Part shown: piece by piece, positions 50,566-62,485 of the stretch | Position numbering within the stretch: the first letter of the stretch is position 1 | Layout: each line of letters starts with the position of its first letter | NCBI RefSeq assembly: GCF_004010195.1 | Contig: NC_057718.1 | Location: forward strand, 50,439,380 to 50,503,379 | Direction of reading: 5' to 3' | DNA from: Chiloscyllium plagiosum | Taxonomy: Eukaryota | DNA length: 64,000 nt | Notes under the pieces: generated by a model | Database searches by the model: none | Seen by the model: the letters and a program-made list of their open reading frames with translations, nothing else | Told to the model about the DNA's origin: nothing | Made by a program: the position numbers and the translations under genes

Positions 50566-53076
50566 TGTTTAAGTCGCTTGTGACTTACTCTTTTAGACTA
50601 GAACTGCAGATAACTCCTTCCTGGACCTATCATACACCTGTTAAGTGTCTGAGTAACCTCTTCAGGGTTTTATCCCAAAATATCTGGTCTGAGCCTGACA
50701 CGAACACACATCCTATGGTAATCAAGACCACTAATATATCCTTCTCTCCTCTGAAACAATACTCGATACAGCCATTCTAAAACAAGGACTTCACAGGATT
50801 GGAGTTTCTCTCTCTCATAGATGGTGCATCCCCTAAGCTGCAAAACAAATGAAAAGAACAGAGTTCCAGAAATCTCTAATAAACATTGAGGCTCCATTAT
50901 TTACATTGCTGCAGAATTCCCTCTAATTTTCTTTCTGGAAGCATGGGCTTCTGAATTCCAAGAGCAACTTATTGAACTGGGACTGAATGCTATGATTGAC
51001 GTGTCGACACTGATCATACGCACGAACTTTTAGAGATGCTGTACATGTGCACAGGCCTGTAGCTTACAGATAACTTCACCTTGCTGGCTCACAAAACAAC
51101 CTAAAATAAACAAAAGTCAATTAGTTGGTGTATAAAACCCATTCACTCTAAAGCAAAATGGTGAAACCTTTTTTAAAAAAATTACCATAACTATAGAAAT
51201 ACTTACACAGTAATGGTTGACTTCTGCCATCTATTAACACACAAAAATGTCTGCACAGCTACTAACCTTGACAGAGATGTGTTCCCCATTGACTGTTTTA
51301 GTGGCAAGGCAAGAAATCCCAAAATTTGAAAAATTGTGCTCCATAATCTCAAAACTATCTTACCTATTTTGTTTCACAAAGTGACTGTTAAAATGCGTCA
51401 ATAGGCACAAATCACACTTTCAACCCATTCAGAAGTTAAATAACATCCAACCAAGTTCCATAAATATGGAATGGCTGAGGGATTTTTTATTTATTTATTC
51501 GTAATTCTATTTTATGATACGATTATGTAAGTTACAAAAAATGATTCTATCCACTGCTAATCCAAGGAAGCCAAAAGGGTGTAATAAAAGCAGCATAAAG
51601 AAACAAAAAGGCCATTGAGAGAGCAGTAAACTCAACTGTTCTAATACAGAAAACAGGCAGATTCAATCCAGTTTTGCTTTGGATGAAGACTAACAAAGAC
51701 CCTGCTTGTAACACCGCATAATATCCATTTGCCTCAGTTTTGTCAATCTAGGTAGTGTTCTCATCTCATTGCATTCCTTTTCAACGGTCACCAATCGCAT
51801 CTCTACTGTATTAAAAATTATGACAAGTTTCTGCTGCGTGTACATCATTTCAAAATTAAGTGATTACACCACATAACTGGAGGCCTGAGACAAACTTTAA
51901 ATAAAAAGTAGCTGAATTGGTGTCAAAATATATTTATTGTATAGTTGGTTTAATTAATGAAGTTTCTTGATACATTTGATCTCATTCTTCTTCCGCGGCA
52001 GTATCAAATTGTTTCTTAAGTGTGTCAATTGTCTTGGCATCAATCACTGTTCTTTAAAACTGTGCAGAACCTTAAATCTATGCCTTCTTAACCTGAAACT
52101 CCAATATATCTGAAAGTATTGATTTAGTTAATTTTCTTTTTTCTATTAAGTATATAACTCTGTAACATCTAGGTGAGAGTGACGTCCCAAGAAGCAAGAG
52201 GCAGTGAAAAGAGCCAAGGACCCAGAGTCAAAGAGAAGTGAAAAACCACAAACAAATGGACAGAAATTGGATGCTTCGCTACTGGCCCAGAGAAAGGGCT
52301 AGAAATTGGGCAACAATGCCTCAGGAAGCTTACAGAGGGAGATTATGTCCTGGACAAAGTTAGGAATGGGCTTAAACCAGCTTGGTGATGCACTCCCACC
52401 ATTGTCCAAGGCCTATCCCAGGACCACAAAGTGGGGTGGTTCTAAAACACACAGGCAAAACCCATGCATACACCATACATTCGTACAAGTGGTGTTAGAT
52501 ATATCCAGAACCCAGCTGCCAGAATAGTGCATTTCTTTACTTTGGAAATTACATTATATTTGACCCATCAGCTATTAAGATAATAAACAGGGATTGACAG
52601 GGTGGAGGCCAGACCCAGGCCAGTGAGGTGCAGCAGAAGAGATATTTTGAATGATTTAGTAATGGCTTACAGAGCAGGAGTGCCCACAGTCAAAACCCTC
52701 AGCTTGACGAATTTGGATAATAACCTCAGACCTTTAACCCAGAAAGTTAAACAGACCTGGATTTGATCAGCAAGATGTTGAAGTCGGGAATAAAAGAAAA
52801 CCAGGCAGCTCAACACCTGGCAATGGTGTAATAAGGGCATACCTGGACCATAAGCGAAATCATCCAGGGACAGATAGGTGATGCTAATTAGTATGTAATC
52901 AGCCCAATCAGGGAAGGGGTTCATCAGACCTAGTTTTGGGAAATCAGCCTGGACAGGTGAGCGAAGTTTCAGTGGAGAAGCATTTCGGGACTAGTAACCA
53001 TAATACTATGAGTTTTAAGTTACACATGGATAGGGATAATAGCAATCCTTGAGTGAAGGTGTTAAATTTGGGGAAG

Positions 53077-54574
53077 AAAGTGAGGACTGCAGATGCTGGA
53101 GACCAGAGTTGAAAAATGTGGTGCTGGAAAAGCGCAGCAGGCCAGGCAGCATTCGAGGAGCAGGAGAATCGACGTTTCGGGCATAAGCCCTTCTTCAGGA
53201 ATGAGGCTGGTGTGCCAAGTGGGCTGAGCTAAAAGGTAGCGGGTGAGATATAGTGGGGGGAGGGGAAATGAGGAAGCTGGAGAAATCTACATTCATCCCG
53301 TTTGCACGGAGAGTTTGAGGCGGAAGATGAGGCGCTCTTCCTCCAGCCATCGTGTGGCCAGGGTCTGGCGATGGAGGAGGCCAAGGATCTGCATGTCCTT
53401 GGCGGAGTGGGAGGGGGAGTTAAAGTGTTCAGCCACGGGACGGTTGGGTTGGTTGGTGTGGGTGTCCCAGAGGTGTTGCCTGAAACGTTCCGTAAGTAGG
53501 CGGCCTGTCTCCCCAATGTACAGGTGACCATATCGGGTGCAGCGGATACAGCAAATGATGTGTGTGGAGGTGCAGGTGAATTTGCGATGGATATGGAAAG
53601 ATCCATTGGGGCCTTGGAGGGAAGTGAGGAGGGAGGTGTGGGCGCAAGCTTTGCAGGCTTCCACTGGTCCTCACCTTCCACCCCACCAACCTCTAGATAC
53701 ATCGTATCATCCTCCGTCATTTCTGCCACCTCCAAACAGACCCCACCACCAGGGATATATTTCCCTCCCCACCCCTATCAGCATTCTGGAGAGACCATTC
53801 CCTCCGCGATTCCCTCATCAGGTTCACACCCCCCACCAACCCAACTTCTACTCCCGGCACCTTCCCCTGCAACCGCAAGAAGTACAAAACTTGAGCCCAC
53901 ACCTTCCCCCTCACCTCCCTCCAAGGCCCCAATGGATCCTTCTATATCCGTCGCAAATTCACCTGCACCTCCACACACATCATTTTCTGTATCCGCTGCA
54001 CCCGATATGGTCACCTGTACATTGGGGAGACTGGCCGTCTACTTGCGGAACATTTCAGGCAACACCTCTGGGACACCCGCACCAACCAACCCAACCGCCC
54101 CGTGGCTGAACACTTTAACTCCCCCTCCCACTCCGCCAAGGACATGCAGATCCTTGGCTTCCTCCATCGCCAGACCCTGGCCACATAATGGCTGGAGGAA
54201 GAGCGCCTCATCTTCCGCCTAGAAATCCTCCGTGCACACGGGATGAATGTAGATTTCTCCAGCTTTCTCATTTCCCCTCCCCCCACCTTATCTCAGTCCC
54301 AACCCCCGGATTCAGCACCGCCTTCTTGACCTGCAATCTTCTTCCCGACCTCTACACCCCCACCCCTCTCCGGCCTATCACCCTCACCCTCACCTCCTTC
54401 CACGTATCGTATTCCCAGCGCCCCTTCCCCAAACCCCCCCCCTCTACCTTTTAGCTCAGCCCACTTGGCATACCAGCCTCATTCCTGAAGAAGCGCTTAT
54501 GCCCGAAACGTCGATTCTCCTGCTCCTTGAATGCTGTCTGGCCTGCTGCGCTTTTCCAGCACCACATTTTCAAC
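53077..54574. mobile_element. Young PLE (family A), two 3' fragments in inverted orientation
   Basis: Left arm (-) 53077-53657 and right arm (+) 53660-54574 both encode GIY-YIG (CIRCTRYGHLYIGETGR); perfect TSD TTAAATTTGGGGAAG at 53062-53076 and 54575-54589. Confidence 0.95.
53167..53202 (-). ncRNA. Minimal hammerhead ribozyme motif (family A consensus)
   Basis: ATTC-CTGAAGA-A-GGGC-TTAT-GCCC-GAAA-CG-TC-GATT; palindromic ACGT helix III; stem I weak (one U-U). Confidence 0.65.
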
Positions 54575-56387
54575 TTAAATTTGGGGAAGGCAAACTACAA
54601 AAATATTAGGAAGGGACTGGAGAGTGTTGATTGGAGACAGCTGTTTGTGGGTAAATCCACATCGGACATGTGGGAGTATTTCAAATGGCAGTTGATGAGA
54701 GTTCAGGAGCAGCACATTCCTCTGAGAATGAAGGATAGGTATGGTGTGTTATGTAAATCTTGTATGACCAAGGATGTTATGACTTTGGTCAAAAAGATAA
54801 AGGAAACATACGAAAGGTCTAGGAGGACGGACAAAACCCTTGAAGTATATAAGGAAATTAAGCAAGAACCTAGAAAGGAATTAGAAGGGTTCAAAGAGGT
54901 CATGAAACGTTGGTAGCAAACAGGATTAAGGAGAATCTCAAGGCTTTTTATACATATCTAAGAAGCAAGAGGGTAGCAACAGAAAGGGTTGGCCCACTCA
55001 AGGACAAAGGAGAAAATGTATGTGAGGAGCCAGAAGAGGCAGGTGGGGTCTCAAATGAATACTTTGTGTTGGTATGCACCGAAGAGAAGGAATTAGTGAA
55101 GGATGGTCTCCAGGAAGGTAATGCCAAACTTCTAAGTCAAATTGCTATTAAAAAGGATGATGTGTTGTGCATCATAAAAAGTATTAAGATAGACGTATCT
55201 GGTTGTAAGTTTGTTCGCTGAGCTGGTAGATTTGTTCTCAGACATTTCATCACCATACTAGATTACATCATCAGTGAGTCTCCATTGAAGCACCAGTGTT
55301 CTGTCCCATTTGATATTTGTCAGTCTTGGTCTGTTATGGTGAGTGATATCACTTCCAGTTCTTTTTCTGAGAGGTTGGCAAATGGGGTCCAAATCGATGT
55401 GTTTGTTAATGAAGTTTCAGCTTGAATGTCAGGGCTCTAAGAATTCCCATGTGCGTCTATGTTTAGCCTGTCCCAGGATGGGTGTATTGTCCCAGTCGAA
55501 CTGGTGTCCTCTTTGTCTTCTTAGCAGACACGGTTATGCAGAGGTTGGAATGAAAAGCCCTTACCAGGATCCAGCCTAAGCTTTGGGTCTGCGATGTGGA
55601 TGACACCTTTGTCATCACGAAACGCAACAAATTAGAAGAAACCTACAAACACATGAACAACATCCTTACTGTATAAAGTTCACCAAAGGGGAAGAAAACA
55701 GCGACAGACTCCCCTTCCTCGATGTCAAGGTAAAACGTAAAGCCAATGGAGAACTACAGACCAGCATCTCCAGGAAAGCCACACTCATTAACCAGATACT
55801 CAACTACAGGAACAATAATCCCAAAAGCCACAAATGGAGCTGTGCCAAGACATTATTTAAATGAGCCACAACACACTGCAGCACCCAGGACTTAGAGAAG
55901 CAGAAGAAAAGCACCTACACAACGTATTCACGAACAACAGGTCCCTGATAAGCGCAGTCCACTGATTCCAACATAATAGACCTAAATAAGAAGACACAAC
56001 ATGCCCGGAGACTCTAGCCACCTTGTCATACATTAAAGACATCTTGAAGATGACAACCAGACTACTCCAGTCCCTAGGTAACATGGTAGCCCAAAAACCT
56101 ACCATCGCACAGAAATAGCTCCTGATGAATTTAAAGGACCACATACCAACAATGAGCAGAACAAACATCACAATACAAGATACCCTACACGGACTGCAAC
56201 AAACATTACATTAAACAGACAGGCAGGAAACAAGCCACCAGGATACATGAGCACCAATTAGCTGCCAAAGACATGACCAGCTATCACTGGTATCCATATA
56301 CACAGACGAAGATGGACACCAGTTCGACTGGGACAATACATCCATTCTGGGACAGGCTAAACAAAGACACAACGGGAATTCCCAGAG

Positions 56388-59300
56388 AGAAAGTGAGGAC
56401 TGCAGGTGCTGGAGATCAGAGTCGAGAGTGTATTGCTGGGAAGGCACAGCAGGTCAGGCAGCATCTAAGGAGCAGGAGAATCGACATTTTGGGCATAATC
56501 CCTTCATTAGGAATGAGATTTGTGGGCCAGGGGCTGAGAGATAAAAAGGATAGGGGGTGGAGTTTTGGTGAAGGTTGCTGAGAAAGCGATAGGTATTGAA
56601 GGTGAGGGAGAAGGTGATAGATCAGAGGGGAAGTGACGGACAGGTTCGGAGGGCGGTGCCGAGTTGGAGGCTTGGGACTGGGATAATGTGGGGGGGGGGG
56701 GGGGGGGGAGGAAATGAGGAAGCTGTTGAAATCCACATTTATCCTGTGTGGTTGCAGGGTCCCAAGGCAGAATATGAGGCATTCTTCCTCAAGGCATAGG
56801 GTGATAATGGTTTAGCAGTGGAGGAGGCATGTCCTTGAAGAAGTAGGAAGGGGAGTTAAAGTATTTAGCCACAGGGTGGTGGGGTTGGTGGGTGCGGGTG
56901 TACCAGAGATGTTCTCTGAAACGATCTGCAAGAAAGCATTCTGTCTCCTTGATGTAGAGGAGACCACATCGGATGCAACAGATGCAGTAGGTGACATTGG
57001 TAAAGGTACAGGTAAATTTTTATCAGATGTGGAAGGATCCCTTTTGGCTTTGGATGAATGTGAAGGGAGTGGTGTGGTCGCAGGTTTTGCACTTCCTGCA
57101 TTGGCAGGGAAAGGTGTCAGGAGTGGGGTGTGGGCTGGTGGTGAGCGTGGACCTAACAAGGGAGTTGCGGAGGGAATGTCTTTTTGGAATGTTGATAGGG
57201 GTGGGGAGGGAAATATATCTTTAGTGGTGGGGTTTGTTTGGAGGGATGGCGAAAGTGGTGGAGGATGATGCAATGTATGCGGAAGTTGGTGGGGTGAAAG
57301 GTGAGGACCAAGGGGGTTTTGTCCTTGTTGCAATAGGAGGGGTGGTGTTCAAGGTCAGTGTTGCATGAAGTGGAGGAGGTCCACTGGAGGTCATCATCAA
57401 CCATGTGGGAAGGGAAGCTGCGATCATGGAAGCAGGATGCCATCTGGGACTTTCTGAGGTGCAATTGGTCATCCTGGGTACAAATGTGGCAGAGGAATTG
57501 GGAATAAGGGATAGCGTTTTTACAGGCAGTAGGGTGGGAGGAATCTAGGTAGTTGTGGGAGTTGGTGGGCTTGTAGTAGACGTTATTCAGTCGCCAGAGA
57601 CGGTGATGTAGAGGTCCAAGAAGGGGAGGGAGGTTTCCGAGATGGTGCAGGTGAATTTGAGGTCAGGGTGGAAGGTGTTGGTAAAGTCAATGAACTGTTC
57701 AACCTCCTCGTCAGAGCATGAGGCAGTGCCGATACAGTCATCGATGTAGTGGAGGAACAGGTGGGGGGTGGTGCCAGTGTAACTGCAGAAGATGGACTTT
57801 CCACATAGCTGGATCCCATGCAGGTGCCCATGGTTACCCCTTTGGTTTGGAGGAAGGGGGAGGATTGGAGGGAGAAGTTGTTGATCGTGAGGACCAGTTC
57901 AGCTAGGCGGATGAGGGTGTCAGTGAGAGGAAGAAAGAGAGAGCTTGGAGACCTATGTCATGGTGGATCAATGTGTACAGGGACTGGATGTCCATGGTGA
58001 AGATGAGGTGTTGGGGGATCGGGAAATGAAAACCTTGGAGGAGGCAAAGGGCATGGATGGTGTTACAAATCTAGATGGGGAGTTCCTGGACTAAGCCGAA
58101 CAGGACGGTTCAGTGGGACTGTCAGGTTTGTGAATCTTCAGCAGGAGGTAGAATCGGGCTGTGTGGGGTTCAAGGACAATGAGGTTGGAGGCTGGGGGTG
58201 GGAGATCCCCAGAGGTGATGAAGTTGTGGATGGTCTGGGAGATGATGGTTTGGTGATGGGAAATGACGTCGTGATCAAGGGGGCAGTAGGAGGAGGGTCT
58301 GTGAGTTGGCACCTGGCTTCAGTGGTGTAGATATTGGTGTGCCACACTACTACTGTGCACCCCCTTGTCTGCAGGTTTGATAGTTGGTTGAGGTTGGAGC
58401 GGAGGGAGTGGACGACTGCGCGTTTGAGGGTGGGAAGTTGGATTTGGTGAGGCGGTTGGACAGGTTGAGGCGGTCGATGTCACGATGACAGTTTGAAATG
58501 AAGAGGTCAAGAGCGAGTAACAGACCAGCACAGGGTGTCCAGGTGAATGGGGTGTGTTGGAGATGGGAAAAGGGGTGCTCAGTGGGTGGGTGAGTGTCTT
58601 GGTTGAAACAGTGGGCACTGAGGTGGAGGCAGCGGAAGAAACGTTCAAGGTCGCAGCATGTGTTAAACTCATTTCTCTGGGACTGTAGAGAGATAAAGGT
58701 GAGGCCTTTGCTGAGGACTAAACATTCGTCTTCAGTGAGGGGGAGGTCTGGGGGAATGGGAGCTGGGACGTGGAGAGGAACTGGAGCAGGAGGTGGGGGC
58801 GGAGACATTTGCTTGAGTTGGTGCGATTATCGGGTCAGGAGTGATGTTCACTAAAGGGGCAGAAGTGGGGTTTATAGTTGTGTCCACAGGGGCATGAGTG
58901 ACGTCATGAGTGACATGGCCAGTGTTTTAGTTTGGTTCTCGGTGGGTGACCTCACTGGTGGCAGAAGTGACATCAGCAATTGAAGCTTTCTTGTCTAGGT
59001 GAGTGGTGTCCATCGGGGCATAAGTGGCTGCCGTGATGGCAACTTTGAGGGCGGAAGAGACATGCAAGGTGGTTATCGTGTCTGAGCTGGGGGCGGTGAA
59101 ACTACCGGCGGTGGTAGTCTTCCTGGCAATTGTGAAGGTGGTTGGGTGGATGGTGATGGCGGAGGTGGTGTAGTCAGCAGTAGCTGCTGCCCGTGTGGCG
59201 CAGGGGTGGAAGTGACATCATCAATCACTCAAGGAAGGAGCGGCTGAATTGCTAATGGTATCTGGGTGGTTCCAGAGGCCAGAAGAAGGTTCTAGAAGGT

Positions 59301-60263
59301 TCAAAGATATCTGTGTCTTGAGGGAAGTACATGAAAGTTTGTTTAACTTGCATTCTTTTATGTCCGATGCGGCGGAGAAAAACCGCTGGTTGAGTGTATG
59401 AATTCTTCTGAGAACATAGAAATGCAGAGGTCTGCTGCAGGTCTGGGAAGGTGAGGCTCTGAGCTGGGGCAGGACTGACTGCAGGTAGAGAAGATGGCGG
59501 CGCATGGCCGATAGTGTGGAGTGGAAGATCCAGAAAAAAAATTGTTGTTGAAGGATTCGGATTTGTAGCATGTACTGGATATCCTGTTCAGGTCCAAACT
59601 GTGTTGGTCTGAATGTGGGATCAGTCAGTTTTGTAGGCAGGCACTGAGGAAGAAGATATGGCTGTGGTAGCGAGTCTGCTTCAGGACATGGCTGAAGAGC
59701 TTGAGGGCAGAGGAGAATACCTGGGGGGTGCAGTGAGATTCTTGTAGAGAGAAGAGGAGAGCTTCTTCAAGATAGGCAACCTTGGAAGAGGCTTCACAGT
59801 AAGGTTAAAATCAACGAGGAGAAAGTGAGAACTGTAGATGCTGGAGATCAGAGTCGAGAGTTTGCTGCTGGGAAAGCACAGCAAGTCAGGCAGCATCCGA
59901 GGAGCAGGAGAATTGACATTTCTGGCAAAAGCCCTTCATCGGGAATGAGGCTTGTAGGCCGGGAGCTGAGAGATAAATGGGAGGGGGGTGGGGTTGGGGG
60001 GAAGGTAGTTGAGAAAGCGATAGGTGGATGAAGGTGAGGGAGAAAATGATAGGTCAGAGGTCAGAGTTGGAGGCTTGGGACTGGGATAATGAGGGGGAGG
60101 GGAAATGAGGAAGCTTTTGAAAACCAGATTTATCCCATGTGATTGCAGGGTCCCAAGGCGGAATGTGAGGCATTCTTCCTCCAGGCGTCGGGGGTAACGG
60201 TTTGACGGTTGAAGAGGCCCAGGACCGGCGTGTTCTTGACTGAGTAGAAAAGGTGGTATCAGA
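56388..60263 (-). mobile_element. Near full-length PLE (family A, Neptune-like) with a direct upstream partial repeat
   Basis: N-terminal HSHIFFLSACL..LIP, VLSKGL, ARFYLLLKIHK, MGTCMGSSY, YIDD, LPFLD, Cys linker and GIY-YIG; 3' end repeated at 59820-60263; TSD about GGAATTCC(C/T)AG(A/T)G at 56375 and 60264; many disablements. Confidence 0.92.
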
Positions 60264-60432
60264 GGAATTCCTAGTGGCCTGGCATTCAAACCAAAACTTC
60301 ATCAACAAACACATAGACTTGGACCCCATTTACCAACCTCTCAGAAAAAGAACCGGAAGTGATATCACCCACCACAACAGATGAAGACAGACAAATAACA
60401 AGTGAGACAGAACACCACCACTTCATTAGAGG

Positions 60433-60474
60433 CTCACTGATGAGGTCACCTCGCATGGTGATGAAACATCTGAG
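60433..60474 (+). ncRNA. Minimal hammerhead ribozyme motif (family B)
   Basis: CTCA-CTGATGA-G-GTCACC-TCGCAT-GGTGAT-GAAA-CA-TC-TGAG; inverted paralog at 55237-55278. Confidence 0.75.
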
Positions 60475-60802
60475 AACAAATTTACCAGCTCAGCGAGCAA
60501 ACCTACAACCTCATCCACAACCTGAGCTACAAATCTTCTCCAAAATCATAATGGATACGTCCCTGGATTCTGATGGTATCTATCCCAGAGGGAGGCAAGT
60601 GAACAAAATGCTGAAGCATTGACAGACATCTTGGTATCGTCTTTGGCCACAGGTGAGGTCCTAGAGGACTGGAGAATAGCCAATGTTGCCCCAGTGTTCC
60701 CATTGTTTTAAAAGAGTTACAGGGATAATCCAGGAATTTATAATTCTGTGAGCCTCATGACAGTGGTACAGAAATTATTGGAAAACATTCTCAGAGGCAA
60801 AA

Positions 60803-62051
60803 TTTTTTTTTCCTTTTTTTTCTTCTTTTAGCACCCATGTTGTGTGTATGCAGGTGTAGGACACAGTGAAAGCCATAAGGTGTACAAATCTTTATTCAAT
60901 TTCTATACCAGGAAGAAAGGAAACACCCGAGTGGCCAGTGACAAGCAGTGCCCTTCACATCAAAGGGCAATGCTGTGTGATCAAACAGTGAAGGGCAGGG
61001 CAGGGATTAAATGAAAATAGAGTTGGAGGAGGAAATAAAACACTCCACTCCCTGTGGTGCCCACCTCCCCTGAACAGCTTGAGGGAGTTGGTAGACACCG
61101 CGTGCTCCTTCTCCAGAGACACCCGGGCTCGGATGGAGCCGAGGAAGAGGTGCAGGCAATCAGCCCTAATGAACACCTCCAGAGCCTGCTGCCTGGACCT
61201 GTTCCTGGCCAGTTTGGCCAGGCCCAGGAGCAGACCCACGAGGAGAGCCTTTAGATTAGATTAGATTAGTGTGGAAACAGGCCCTTCGGCCCAACAAGTC
61301 CAAACCGACCCGCCGAAGCGCAATCCACCCAGATCCCATTCTCCTACATTTACCCCTTCACTTAACACTACGGGCAATTTAGCATGGCCAATTCACCTAA
61401 CCTGCACATTTTTGGACTGTGGGAGGAAACTGGAGCACCCGGAGGAAACCCACGCAGAAGAATGTGCAAACTCCATACAGTCAGTTGTCTGAGGCGAGAA
61501 TTGAACCCAGGTCTCTGGCGCTGTGAGACAGCAGTGCTAACCACTGTGACACCGTGCCACCCACTTTGACCCACCCTTCCCCCTCCACACCGGGTATCCA
61601 AAGATCAAGAGCGTGGGACTGAAGTGCAACCAAAGACAGAGGAGAAGGTTTTCTAGAAAACTAAACAGGGAGTGTAAATGCCCACACTCCATATATACAT
61701 GGTCCATGGACTCCACAGCATCACGGAACAGCATCATGAACCACCACAATCTGTGGTTGCAGGGGACTGTCGCATGCAGCACCCTCCATCCGAGATCCCC
61801 GAGAGAAAAGGGGAAGACTATTGCGTGGAGAGCCCTCCACTGGGGATCCCCACCACCCAGTAGGAAATGGGCACGCCAAGGTGTGTCTGGACGTTGGATG
61901 AGGGAGAAGAGGTGGACGGTGTGCAGCAGCAGTCGATATAGGGCCCACTTTTTTACGTCCTTAAAAGGGACAAAACTAAAATTCCAGTGGCGGCTCAGGT
62001 TGTGGGGCACAGGTTCTCGGGGGAAGTACGGGACCTTGGGGCCAATGTGAA
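60803..62051 (-). mobile_element. Tx1/L1-clade retrotransposon 3' end
   Basis: Minus ORF DLGWRVLH..ESMDHVYMEC (C-terminal zinc knuckle), LLLGLAKLA, AATAAA and poly(A) (T-run at 60803-60829). Confidence 0.85.
61251..61560 (-). mobile_element. HE1 SINE inserted in the Tx1 element
   Basis: (GATTA)n tail, V-domain and tRNA head. Confidence 0.92.
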
Positions 62052-62264
62052 ACAAGATATATCAGTACTTAGGAGCAAATGGACTGATTAGGAATAAACA
62101 GCATGGCTATGTGCGTGAGAGGTCATGCCTCACTAACATAATTGAGTTTTTTGAGGAAGTAACAAAGTTGATTGATGAGGATAAAGTGGTTGAGGTTGTC
62201 TATGTCGATTTCAGTAAAGCCTTTGTCAAGGTCCCTCATGACAGACTGGTACAAAAGGTAAAGT

Positions 62265-62485
62265 GCTGAAAATGTGTTGCTGGAAAAGTGCAGCAGGTCA
62301 GGCAGCATCCAAGGAGCAGGAGAATCGACGTTTTGGGCATGAGCCCTTCTTCAGGAATTCCTGAAGAAGGGCTCATGCCCGATACATCGATTCTCTTGCT
62401 CCTTGGATGCTGCCTGACCTGCTGCGCTTTTCCAGCAACACATTTTCAGCTCTGATCTCCAGCATCTGCAGTCCTCACTTTCTCC
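62265..62485. mobile_element. Palindromic mini-PLE (family A), best-preserved copy
   Basis: About 93-bp inverted arms centred on GGAATTCC plus a 35-nt tail; perfect TSD ACAAAAGGTAAAGT at 62251-62264 and 62486-62499. Confidence 0.95.

Larger units (their letters stand above)
55201..60545 (+). mobile_element. PLE family B (Poseidon/Penelope-type), 5'-truncated with an inverted 5' repeat, split by a family A insertion
   Basis: VDDTFVI, KFT..E..LPFLDV, YKIP..C..HY..QTGR..RIHEH at 55570-56385, resuming at 60264; 55201-55510 is an inverted copy of the 3' end. Confidence 0.9.

Noticed and set aside
53524..54222. 232-aa Pro/Ser/Thr-rich ORF and overlapping ORFs
   Set aside because: Alternative frames of the C-rich PLE sequence across the inversion junction; not a gene
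6698..62485. Dispersed palindromic repeats as a CRISPR array or classical MITE
   Set aside because: Eukaryotic context and no regular repeat-spacer period; long variable TSDs, a one-sided tail and identity to PLE termini argue against a DNA transposon
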